A stretch of 64,000 bases of DNA from contig CM075997.1 of NCBI GenBank assembly GCA_038087875.1, positions 8,372,001 through 8,436,000 of the forward strand, read 5' to 3'. The DNA is from Malacoraja senta (taxonomy: Eukaryota). Position 1 is the stretch's first letter. The number at the start of each line of letters is the position of its first letter. Made by a program: the position numbers and the translations under genes. The notes under the pieces are model-generated. The model was not told the origin of the DNA, ran no database searches, and saw only the letters and a program-made list of their open reading frames with translations. Of this stretch, positions 14,045-25,018 are shown piece by piece.

Positions 14045-15200
14045 TGACCGTCTGAAGAAGGGTCTCAATCTGAAACGTCACCCATTCCTTCTCTCCAGAG
14101 TTGCTGCCTGTCCCGCTGAGTAACTCCAGCTTTTTGTATCACTCTAGCATGTGTCCACATTGGGTCCATATGCGTCTGTGTATTTGCAATATTGGTGATT
14201 CTCCAGATGATACTAAAATGGTCTGGAGTAAATGTGGAAAATATCTCTTTCCGAATATTGTTTTGAGACGCGGGAAACTGCAGACGCTGGTGTCTGGAAC
14301 AAAAACAAAAGTGCAGGCGGATATCAGCCTGCAGAAATGGTTCTGTGTACGTTGGGTGTCGGGGGTTGGGGGATTTGCCCATTTTCGTTTTTGAGACATA
14401 TCCAGGGGGTGCGTGAATAGAAATTATTTCGTTAGAACGAAGATAAGTGGAGGGGTGACATACTGACCGAACTGACAGGTAGACAGGGGAGTGGAGAAGA
14501 ATGATGGACAGCAGAAGCCAGATGGGGATGATAGAGAGATAAAAGTTGGAAGACGGTAATAGGTGGGTGTTTAGTGGAAACAGACACGAAGGAAACGGAA
14601 CTGCAGCCAGGTTTGGGAGGGAATAATGCAGATAAAGTTGAAGGCTGCCACGTGGTAACCATCAACAAACATATCGTAATTCCTGCACGCTTAGTAACAA
14701 TGGTGACAAAGGGATCTGAAAGTAGGGTGGCATGAACAATGAATTTAACAGAATGGTGCAAAACAGCATGATTGAAGAGCTGCAAAATGTGAAGCCTGAG
14801 GAAGGAATGAAGGTGGAGGTCGTGGGGGTGTGGTGTGGATAGATGCAAGTCCGGGTGTGGCAGAGAGCAGGGGATGGAGGCGGGGGGAAGTGGATATGGG
14901 AGATAAATGCAGGTGAATGGGAAGGGGTTTATTAGAGGTTACATAAAATTAGACATTTAAATGTTCATGCCATTGGCTTGGAAGCTGCCCAAGCGGAGAA
15001 GGAGGTGCTGTTCCTCCAGTTTGTGCATGGGGTCTGCCAGGGGAAGAGGCCATGGAGAGAAAGGGCAGAATAGGATTGGGTAAGGGGTTTAAATTGTCAG
15101 CAACCGGGATATCAATGCACGTTTCTATATCAAGCGTGTGTACGGCGAAACGCTCGCCGAATTTACGGTTGGCCGTATCGGGAATAGGGAATACAATATA
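14045..15200 (-). mobile_element. Penelope-like element remnant (GIY-YIG C-terminus and pLTR-type inverted end)
   Basis: The minus strand encodes RKFGERFAVH...PVA... and KLEEQHLLLRLGSFQANGMNI, resembling the Penelope/Poseidon endonuclease C-terminus. A terminal module 'ctgaagaagggtctc...gaaacgtcacc...gagtaactccagc' lies at 14052-14140. Confidence 0.7.
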
Positions 15201-15511
15201 TGAGGTTGGAGAATGTATCAAACAAATGGAGGAAATAGTGCACAAATTGGTACCCACTGAATCATTCCTGCCGATAAATAGCACATTCCATGTTTTGTTT
15301 GGATGAATTCAGGTTGATTCGTTCGGTAATGCAGAACGTGCCGAAACATTTCATCACGTAAATAAAATAGCTTGCGCACTTCCTGTGCTGTGCCACTGCA
15401 TTGGCGTCACACGGGCCGTTCGGAGAGATGAATAGCGTCTGCTCAACTGGTGTATTACAATTTCCTTTCTGACGATTTTTCTCTCCTCACCCAATGCAAC
15501 TTAAATTGCAG

Positions 15512-15822
15512 ATTCGCCGAAACCACGTTTATCCTTGGATTCCCGACATTCTGAGAGGGGCAGTCAAGTCATCTTTAACTGCACGAGCCCCTCGGAAACT
15601 CCTGGCTTCCTGTTCTACTTATTCAAAGAGGGAGATACTCATTACTCGGATGTCCGATCCGCTCCTGCGGGGAGCAATACTGCAAGCTTCACCAGGGTGA
15701 ACGTCGATCACAGCGATGCAGGAAATTACACGTGTGTGTACAAGACAGAAGGGAAGGGAAGGATGTTGACATCAGAACTGAGTGACACTGTGCGCCTAAT
15801 AGTAGGCAACGAGGGAGACTAG
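15512..15822 (+). CDS. Ig-superfamily gene, Ig domain exon 3, probably terminal coding exon
   Basis: Acceptor ttgcAG|AT, phase 1. Encodes SPKPRLSLD...VIFNC...FYLFKEG...ASFTRVNVDHSDAGNYTCVY...SELSDTVRLIVGNEGD*. There is no canonical phase-1 GT donor; TAG is at 15820-15822 and AATAAA at 16235-16240. Confidence 0.85.
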
Positions 15823-16234
15823 TACTCAGCGCGTTGCTATTAATTGACAGGAAACTTTGCATAAAAGGAGGTCGAATTTCCACTCTGCCTTAAAATTCCT
15901 CCTTCCATTATCTTAATTACAAGTGACTGCTGCAAAACAAAATGACATAAAACGCTGGAGCGTTCACACCACAGAGTAAGACCCATGCATTGCTGATAAA
16001 GTTTCGATCAATTTAACGTAAGTTTTGCCATTTGATTGCAAAAGATGTAAGCTATGTGCAAAAATGTAAACTTGGGCAGATTTGCACCCGTGTTCTGCAG
16101 GAGAGAATTCGACTCGTAAATATCCATCACATGCGATCAACACAACCACGTTAACGTCTCTAATATCTTTGCGTTGTATCCCTTGAATTGTTACGCCCCT
16201 TATAGCTCATTTATATGGACACAAATTCAAATTT

Positions 16235-16240
16235 AATAAA
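16235..16240 (+). promoter_or_regulatory. Candidate polyadenylation signal of the Ig gene
   Basis: AATAAA ~410 nt downstream of the exon-3 stop, just before repeat-derived sequence resumes. Confidence 0.4.
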
Positions 16241-16261
16241 TGTCTTCATATTAGAATGTTC

Positions 16262-17125
16262 ATCTTGTATTAATTATAATCGGTTCATATTTAACGATTG
16301 TAGCTCCGCTATCAACACCAGAATCCACTGCAAACTTCCCCAAACTTGATGACCTGGGAAATATCATCCTCTCTGCCATTGCATCCTCGCCTTTCAGACC
16401 ACAATCAGTGAAGATAGGCGACAACACCATCCCCACAATATATATCAACACTGGTGCCCCGCATGGATGCGTTCTCCGCATACACTCACGACTGTACGGC
16501 CAAATGCTGCACAATTCCAGTTACAATTTCCAGAAGTCGGCAAGATGGTGGGCTTGATTTCGACCAAAGACAAGACGGAGTAGAGGAATGAGGCAAAGAA
16601 CGTAGTTACGTGGTGTCTAGAAAATAACCTCGTCCTTGACGTCAGCTAGACCTCGGGAAGCGTTCTGAAGTACTTGGTGTAACCGGCATGATTGGTGTCC
16701 AAGTGGCACCTTCATGTTCTTTGACGTAAATATTACCAACGATCTGTCATGAACCACATTTCTGCCACAGCCAAAAGACACACAACCTTCTACTTCCTTA
16801 GGAGCGTGAAGAACATTCGGCACGTCTCCAATGACTCTTACAAATGTGTGTAGATACGCCATAGAAAACATATTGTTATCTTCCTCGCAGCTTGGCTTAG
16901 GACCCGTTCTGCTCCAGGCCGTAGTAAACTGCAGAGACATGTAGACGTGGCCCAGTCTATCACGCAGAACAGACATTCCTCCATTCACTCCATCTAATTT
17001 GGAAAAACAGACAAATTAATCAACTTTTGAACATCCCGGCCATTCCTTCCCTCTGCAGCCATACCATGAAGGTGCGGAAACTTGAAATCGCGCAACACCA
17101 AACCTAGGAACAGTTTCTTCTCTGT
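16262..17125 (+). mobile_element. Decayed Rex1/Babar LINE fragment
   Basis: Remnants 'ttcagaccacaatcagtgaagataggc', 'actggtgccccgcatggatgcgttctc' (TGAPxGCVL) and 'ttctacttccttagg' (LYFLR) parallel the younger Rex1 copies in this window. Confidence 0.65.
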
Positions 17126-17219
17126 TATTAGGCTTCCATAAGATGAGATATTGTCCGATTTGACAGCCCAGCATACGGGCTTTGTACTTTATCTATGATG
17201 CAGTAAACTATATCCTATG

Positions 17220-17525
17220 GTAGACACAAAATGCTGGAGTAACTCAGCGGGTGAGGCAGCATCTATGGAGAGAAGAAATAGGTGACGTTTCAGGTCGAGA
17301 CCCTTCGTCGGACTGAATCCATTTATTCAAACTATATCTTACATTCTGTCTTGCATTTATCTATTGTACTTGAATTTAACTTGATTGTGTTTATGTAAAA
17401 TATATATGATTAATTTGGATAGCAAATGAATTCTGGAGAAGAGTTTCGACGCGAAACGCCACATGTTCCTTTTCTCCAAAGATGCTGCCTGACCCACCGA
17501 GTTATTCCAGCATTTTATGCCTATT
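17220..17525. mobile_element. Penelope-derived inverted terminal module pair
   Basis: 17221-17315 (acacaaaatgctggagtaactcagcgg...ggtgacgtttc) and 17430-17522 (...gaaacg...gatgctgcctgaccc...gagttattccagcatttt) are inverted relatives of each other and of 14052-14140. Confidence 0.6.
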
Positions 17526-17982
17526 TACATTTAGATCCATTATTTGTTTCCTTTTCCGAAACGCGAGGATATATGTATTGATGGGGATTGGCCATTGTTG
17601 CCTGAATCCCACAATGAACTTTCTATTGGAGCTTATGCGTTGCACAGATCACAAATGCAACATACATACCCCAAATGAAACAGACGGACCCGAACTATAT
17701 TGACAACAGCCATTCAACTCTACTGTCATCCAATTTCCTGCACGGCGAGTAACCATGAGAGTAAAACCCCAGAGGTCATATTTTTACTTCCCATCTAATT
17801 AGCTGCTTTCCATTGGTATGTCTCATCTGTCTTCCAGTCTTTGTCGCTAGTAAACCCAAGATATTGTCCATGCGCTTTCACAACGCCATGGCCCTCACAG
17901 TGTTATTCTTCATCCTTGAACCAGGAGATCAAAGCGCCGTTAAGGAGTCTCGTTTCCTGCCACGGAAACGACAGTATATTTA

Positions 17983-18355
17983 TTTAGTTTAGTTTAGTTT
18001 AGTTTAGTGTAGTTTAGTTTAGTTTAGTTTAGTTTAGTTTAGTTTAGTTTAGTTTAGTTTCGTTTTGTTTCGTTTTGTTTCGTTTTGTTTCGTTTAGTTT
18101 AGTTTAGTTTAGTTTAGTTTAGTTTAGTTTAGTTTAGTTTAGTTTAGTTTAGTTTAGTTTAGTTTAGAGAATCAGCGCGGAATCAGGCCCTTCGGTTCCG
18201 CACCGAACAACGATTCCCGCACATTTACTCTATCCTTCACACACTAAGGACAGTTTACAATTATGCCAAGCCAATTAACCGACTAACCTGGAATGTTGGA
18301 GTAAACCGAAGATCCCGGAGAACACCCACCCGGTCACGAGGACATCATACAAACT
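17983..18355 (-). mobile_element. SINE with an expanded (TTTAG)n tail microsatellite
   Basis: (tttag)n/(ttttg,tttcg) array at ~17983-18167, followed by a V-SINE body on the minus strand. Confidence 0.75.
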
Positions 18356-18519
18356 CAGCAACTCTATGCAACTGACTGTTCGGCTGCTCTCACAATTACT
18401 CGCCAGACATTTCCCAACGCCTACATGTAACATGACCACTCAATGTGTTACCAATCGGACTGCTGCTGCTTTCCCTTCATGAGTGAATGTCGACCGAACA
18501 ATACTCACAATAGTAAATA

Positions 18520-20985
18520 CTAGACTAAGTGGGACCCGCAGGATTCCAGCTTCACACTGGACTGCTGGTCCCCCAACGCAATATTCCACCTCTCCACCAA
18601 TTCCAATATTGCTGGCCAGTGGGGGAGGGGCTTTCTGGAGCGCTAGCAAGGGTGTTGTGGGACTGGTTTCCAGAGGGTTAGTATGGACATAGTGGGCCAA
18701 ATGGATTATTGGGCTGGCAGTTCACTCACTGAAGCCAGGCAGTTCATTCACTCAAGCTCGGCAGCACAGTCACGCAGGCTGGCAGCTGAGAAACTGCCAT
18801 AAATTCTTCCCAAAACAGGTGATAGACTCTGTGAGAGAGAAGTGGGAGAGGAGGGGCTGAATGGATTCTTGCGCTCGCAGTTTAGTGAGTCTTGGCTGGT
18901 GGGCTGGCAGTTCAGTGACTTACGGATTGTGGGCTGGCAGTTCACTTTACGTATGGCTAGTGGGCAGGCAGTCCAGTTACTCACAGCTGGTGTGGTGGCA
19001 GTTCACTCAATCACCCTTCCTCCCATAACCTCGCCACTATGCTGCATGCCATTCCCTTCCTCACGCACATTCGCTTCCTCACATACAATCACGCACAGAC
19101 ACTCACACAAACACTCACACACACAGACTGTCACACACACACACACACACACACACTCACGCACACATACATACACTCACACACACATACACTCACAAAC
19201 ACACACTCAAATAGACACGCACACTCACACAGACGCTCACACACACAAACTCACACGCACCGACCCTCACGCACGCACACACAGACAATCACACACATAC
19301 ACACACACTCACACACAAATACACACACGTACACACACACGCAATCAGTGACTTATGGCTGGAGGGCTGGCAGTTCAGTTACTTATGGCTGGTGAGCTGG
19401 CAGTCCAGTTACTCACGGCTGGTGTGGTGGCAGTTTACTCATTCAGCCTTGCTCCCTTAACCTCCCCACCATACTGCATGCCATTCCCTTCCTCACGCAC
19501 ATTCCCTTTCTCACATACACTCACACACACACACACTTACACACACACACACTTACACACACTCACACACACATACACACTCACAAACAAACACACACAC
19601 ACACACACATATATTCACTCACCCACTCACACACACAGTCACACACACGCACTCACACACACACATACACTCACACACAGACACATACGCACGCATATGC
19701 ACACACACACTCGCAAACACACACACACAGACACTCACAAACACACACACATAAACTCACGTACACACACTCATACACATACAAATAACACACACACAGA
19801 CACTCACACACGCACTCAACACACAGACACTCACACACAAACACTCACACACACACATACATACACTCACACACATACACCCACAAACACACACACTCAC
19901 ATAGACACTCACAGTGAGTCGCGCCGCCACCCACTCTATCAGACAATCACCACACACATTTAAACACACACACACACATACATACACTCACACACATACA
20001 CTCACAAACACACACATACTCACATAGACACTCACACACACATACGCTCACACACACACATACTCACACGCACACACTCACACACAAACACAGACACTCA
20101 CGCACACGCACACAATCACCCACACACATTCAAACACACACACACAATCACACACACTAACACACACACATAAACAGACACACACACACACAAAACACAG
20201 ACACTCACACACACAAATTCACAAACACATACACACACACTCACTGACACACACCACATATATAACAGTAAACTTTCATGAATACTCACACGGCTGAGCG
20301 CGGCTCTCTACTTTGGGCCTTCCGCAATCAGCGGCACTTCCGCAATCAGCGTGACCTCCGCATGTACCGGAAATTACGCAATCAGCGCGACTTCTGCACT
20401 CAGCGCAAATTACGCAAACAGCGCGATCTGTCCACTAAGCGGAAGTCACGTAATGAGCGGTACTTTTGAACCAAACACAGTCGGACCTAATAAAGCATGT
20501 ATTCCATCCAAACACAGTCGGACATAACAAAGCATTGCAGTTTCAAGCACAGGCAGGGCAGCAAGCCAAACAACTCATGACATTGACAAGGGCTAACAAA
20601 TCATTTATTGCAAGTACATTGCAGACTCATAGTTTAGTTGATTCACAGCTTAGAATGAGAGTCGTGGCCTCTCCCTCGCGATCTTGCAGAATGACTGAAT
20701 CACATCCAGGCATCCGGGGTTTTATAGTCCTGCTCCCCCCAGAAGCATAAGCCCCGTTATTTTCATTGCGGTGATTGACAGGTGAGAGGATCTCAAGGTA
20801 TTTTAAGCACTCATAACTTTTTTTTATTTTTCATCGATGGGAAAAATCCTTGGGGCCTGCAGAGCGGAAAAGGACTGTGAGTAAGATCACCAAAAATCAT
20901 GGCGATATATGGTAGCGTTTTTTTTCTAAAATCAATATACAGCGCAGACAGGAAGTGGTCAAGATGACACTTTTAATTATATAGG
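18520..20985 (-). mobile_element. Non-autonomous Helitron-like element with internal CA-rich satellite
   Basis: On the minus strand it starts a|cctatataattaaaag (degenerate TC start) and ends ...gcgggtcccacttagtCTAG|t, with a degenerate GC hairpin before CTAG and A|T flanks. It contains internal tandem repeats. Confidence 0.6.
19080..20260. repeat. Degenerate (CA)n low-complexity tracts
   Basis: Directly visible. Two blocks, each preceded by a duplicated 'ggctggcagttca...gcatgccattcccttcctcacgcacattc' unit. Confidence 0.95.
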
Positions 20986-22259
20986 TGTGCAATTAACCTG
21001 ATTTGATTAGAGAACTTAAGGTAAAGGTACCACGAGGAGTTAGTGACGATGATATGATAGAATTCAACCAGAATTGCAGGTAGATGAGGGGACTAGGGGG
21101 AAGTAAGCAGAAAGAAGGGGGGGGTGTTCGGCATGGACTAGAAGGGCCGAGATGGCCTGTTTCCATGCTGTAATGGTTATTGGTTGTATGGTTAAGATGA
21201 AAACCGATGTGAGGTTATTACAGTTGAACACATTTAATAGGGATGCTTGAGAGGAGCGGGCTAAAGTTGATTGCAACGGGATGCTGGCGGGATAGCCATG
21301 CAACAGCAATGGCAGGAATTTCTATGAATGATTCGGAAGACGCAGGTTTGTTTTCATTATAACGTGGAAGAAAGATTCAAAGGGGCGAATAATGCGACCA
21401 TGGGACGGCATACAACTAAAAGAAAAGGCATATACCATTGCAAAGGTTAGTGGGAAGTTGGAAGATTGGTTATCTTTTCAAAGCAACAGAAAGTAAATAA
21501 AAAGACAACACGGATGGAAAGGGTCAGTTATGAAATCACACTAGCCAATAATACAAAAGAGGACAGCAAATGTCTCTTCAAATATATAAAGAGTAACAAA
21601 GAGGCAAGAGCGGACATTGGACAACGATGCCAAAAAGTGACAATGATGAGTAATGAAATTATAGTGGAATCTGAGCAGTGACATTTTCACACAAAGGGTG
21701 GTGGATGCATGGAACAAGCTGCCAGAGGAGGTGTTTGAGTCAGGGTCTATCCCAACACATAGGAAGCATTTCGGGAAAAAGCACTTGGATAGGACAGGTT
21801 TGTGGGGATATTGACCAAATTCTGGCAGGTGGGAAAGTTTGGCCGATGTGGGCAAGTTGGGCTGAACGGCCCGTTTCCACAGTATATCACTCTAAGTCTA
21901 ATTGAATAACTTTTTTCGCATCGTAGTGGAAGACATCAGGGCGATCCTAAAATTCAAAATTATCAGAGGGTGGAAGTTAATGGAATAGCTATTACTAAGG
22001 AGGTTATTTTGAAATCTGAATGGTCTGGAGGGGTATGTCAATTGGATCGGATAGGTTGTATCCCACCGTCTGAAACAGTGTTTTTTCGAGATTATGGAGG
22101 CATTGGTACTGATCTTTGAAGTATCACTAGAGCCAGGAGTGGTTACAGTCGATTGGAAATCTGTGAATATTACCCCGGTGTTCAAGAACGGAGCAAAACG
22201 GGAAACTATAGGCCGGATATCCTCAATTCAGTGGTTGGTAAGATTTTAGAGTCCATAAC

Positions 22260-23910
22260 TGAGTGAAATCCAGGTTAGTCGGGAAGTGGTGTTGGGTAAA
22301 TTGAATGGATTAAAGGCCGATAAATCACCAGGGCCAGATAGGCTGCATCCCAGAGTACTTAAGGAAGTAGCTCCAGAAATAGTGGATGCATTAGTGATAA
22401 TTTTTCAAAACTCTTTAGATTCTGGAGTAGTTCCTGAGGATTGGAGGGTAGCAAACGTAACCCCACTTATTAAGAAGGGAGGGAGAGAGAAAAAGGGGAA
22501 TTACAGACCAGTTAGTCTAACATCGGTAGTGGGGAAACTGCTAGAGTCAGTTATTAAAGATGGGATAGCAGTACATTTGGAAAGTGGTGAAATCATTGGA
22601 CAAAGTCAGCATGGATTTACCAAAGGTAAATCATGTCTGACGAATCTTATAGAATTTTTCGAGGATGTAACTAGTAGAGTGGATAGGGGAGAACCAGTGG
22701 ATGTGTTGTATCTGGACTTTCAGAAGGCTTTCGACAAGGTCCCACATAAGAGATTAGTATACAAACTTAAAGCACACGGTATTGGGGGTTCAGTATTGAT
22801 GTGGATAGAGAACTGGCTGGCAAACAGGAAGCAAAGAGTAGGAGTAAACGGGTCATTTTCACAATGGCAGGCAGTGACTAGTGGGGTACCGCAAGGCTCA
22901 GTGCTGGGACCCCAGCTATTTACAATTTATATTAATGAACTTGGATGAGGGAATTGAAGGCAACATCTCCAAGTTTGCGGATGACACTAAGCTGGGGGGC
23001 AGTGTTAGCTGTGAGGAGGATGCTAGGAGACTGCAAGGTGACTTGGATAGGCTGGGTGAGTGGGCAAATGTTTGGCCAATGCAGTATAATGTGGATAAAT
23101 GTGAGGTTATCCACTTTGGTGGCAAAAACAGGAAAGCAGACTATTATCTAAATGGTGGCCGATTAGGAAAAGGGGAGATGCAGCGAGACCTGGGTGTCAT
23201 GGTACACCAGTTATTGAAAGTAGGCATGCAGGTGCAGCAGGCAGTGAAGAAAGCGAATGGTATGTTAGCTTTCATAGCAAAAGGATTTGAGTATAGGAGC
23301 AGGGAGGTTCTACTGCAGTTGTACAGGGTCTTGGTGAGACGACACCTGGAGTATTGCGTACAGTTTTGGTCTCCAAATCTGAGGAAGGTCATTATAGCCA
23401 TAGAGGGAGTGCAGAGAAGGTTCACCAGACTGATTCCTGGAATGTCCGAACTTTCATATGAAGAAAGACTGGATACACTTGGCTTATACTCGCTAGAATT
23501 TAGGAGATTGAGAGTGGATCTTATAGAAACGTACAACATTCTTATGGGGTTGGACAGGCTAGATGCAGGAAGATTGTTCCCGATGTTGGGGAAGTCCAGG
23601 ACAAGGGGCACAGCTTAAAGATAAGGGGGAAATCCTTTAAGACCGAGATGAGAAAAAACTTGTTCACACAGAGAGTGGTGAATCTCTGGAACTCTCTGCC
23701 ACAGAGGGTAGTTGAGGCCAGTTCATTGGCTATATTTAAGATGGAGTTAGATGTGGCCCTTGTGGCTAAAGGGATCAGGGGGTATGGAGAGAAGGCAGGT
23801 ACGGGGTACTGAGTTGGATGATCAGCCATGATCATATTGAATGGCGGTGCAGGCTCGAAGGGCCGAATGGCCTACTCCTGCACCTATTTTCTATGTATCT
23901 ATGTATCTAT
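22260..23910 (+). mobile_element. Young CR1 LINE (RT region), nested in an older CR1 (~20995-25015)
   Basis: ORFs 22286..22948 and 22881..23618 carry [25 protein letters not shown] and FADD, with a (tctatgta)n tail. Degenerate CR1 RT sequence continues on both sides. Confidence 0.93.
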
Positions 23911-25018
23911 AACAAATGATGAGATTTCTGAGTACTTTGAAGCACGTGATAAAAAATAGTGTTTTGACTGGGAGATGTTACCAGAAGAACCTGTTGGGAT
24001 TATTTGAGGAAGTAAATAGCAGGATGGACAAAGGATCGGCAGTCGATGTTGTTTACCTGTTTTTTCAGAGAGCTATGTTTGGCTGCCGCTCGTAGAGTCA
24101 CGGGGTCATAGAATGATACAGTGAGGAAACAGGCCCTTTTGTTCAACTTGTCCACACCGGCCAACGATGTCCCAGCTACACCGCGCTTGGTCCATATCTC
24201 TCCAAACCTGTACTATCCATTTACCTGTCGAAGTGTCTCTTAAATAATTGGATAGTCCCAGCTTCAACTACCTTCTCTGGCAGCTTGTTCCATACAACCA
24301 CCAACCTTTGTCTGAAAAAGTTACCACTCCGATTCCTATTAAATCTTTCCCCCCTCACCATGAATCTATGTCTTCTGTTCCTCGATTCCCCAACACTGGG
24401 CAAGAGACTCTTTTCACCTAGCCGATCTATTCCTCTTATGATTGTGTACACCTCTACATTAACCTCCCTTATCCTCCTGCGCTGCATGGAAAAGAGACCC
24501 AGCATACCCAACCTCTCCCTATAGCTCACAGCCTCTCCCTATAGTTCATATACTCGAAAATCTGAGAATGCAAAAGTGGATGGGAGCCCATGTTATCACG
24601 GGGAAGTTAGTAGCATGAATACCAAGTTGGCTAGATGGCAGAGGTAAAAGTGTGGCAATAAAGGAGGCTTGTTTTAATTCTGCTGACAGTGATGCAGGGG
24701 TCGTACTGAGGGTGCTACTCTTCACGCTGTATTACATAGATTTAGATGAGGGAATTGAAGGCTTTGCGGCCAAGCTTACAGGTGATACGAACATGCGTGG
24801 AGGGGACTGTAGCGTGGAGAAAGTATGAGCACTACAGAAGTACCTGCATAGGTTGGAAGAGTGGGCAAAGAAGCGGCCAGTGGAACAAAGCACAGCAAAT
24901 AGTGGGGTCTTGCATTTTGGATAGAGCAATAAAAGTATTTATTGTTTTTTTTAATGGCGAGATAACTCAGAATACGGAGATGCAATGGGACTTGGGAGTG
25001 CTGGTACAGTATTCCCCA

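Noticed and set aside
2488..15822. Rearranging antigen receptor (Ig/TCR/IgNAR) segments
   Set aside because: The domains are not V- or C1-type, exons 1-2 end in splice donors and exon 3 in a stop codon, and I saw no heptamer-spacer-nonamer RSS next to them.
18842..19987. His/Thr-rich and Val/Cys-rich ORFs (also 36907-37274 and 56318-57459)
   Set aside because: These are translations of (CA)n/(TG)n tracts.
23144..23611. Recurrent antisense ORFs (e.g. '[11 protein letters not shown]...[10 protein letters not shown]')
   Set aside because: These are opposite-strand frames of CR1 RT, repeated only because the LINE is repeated.
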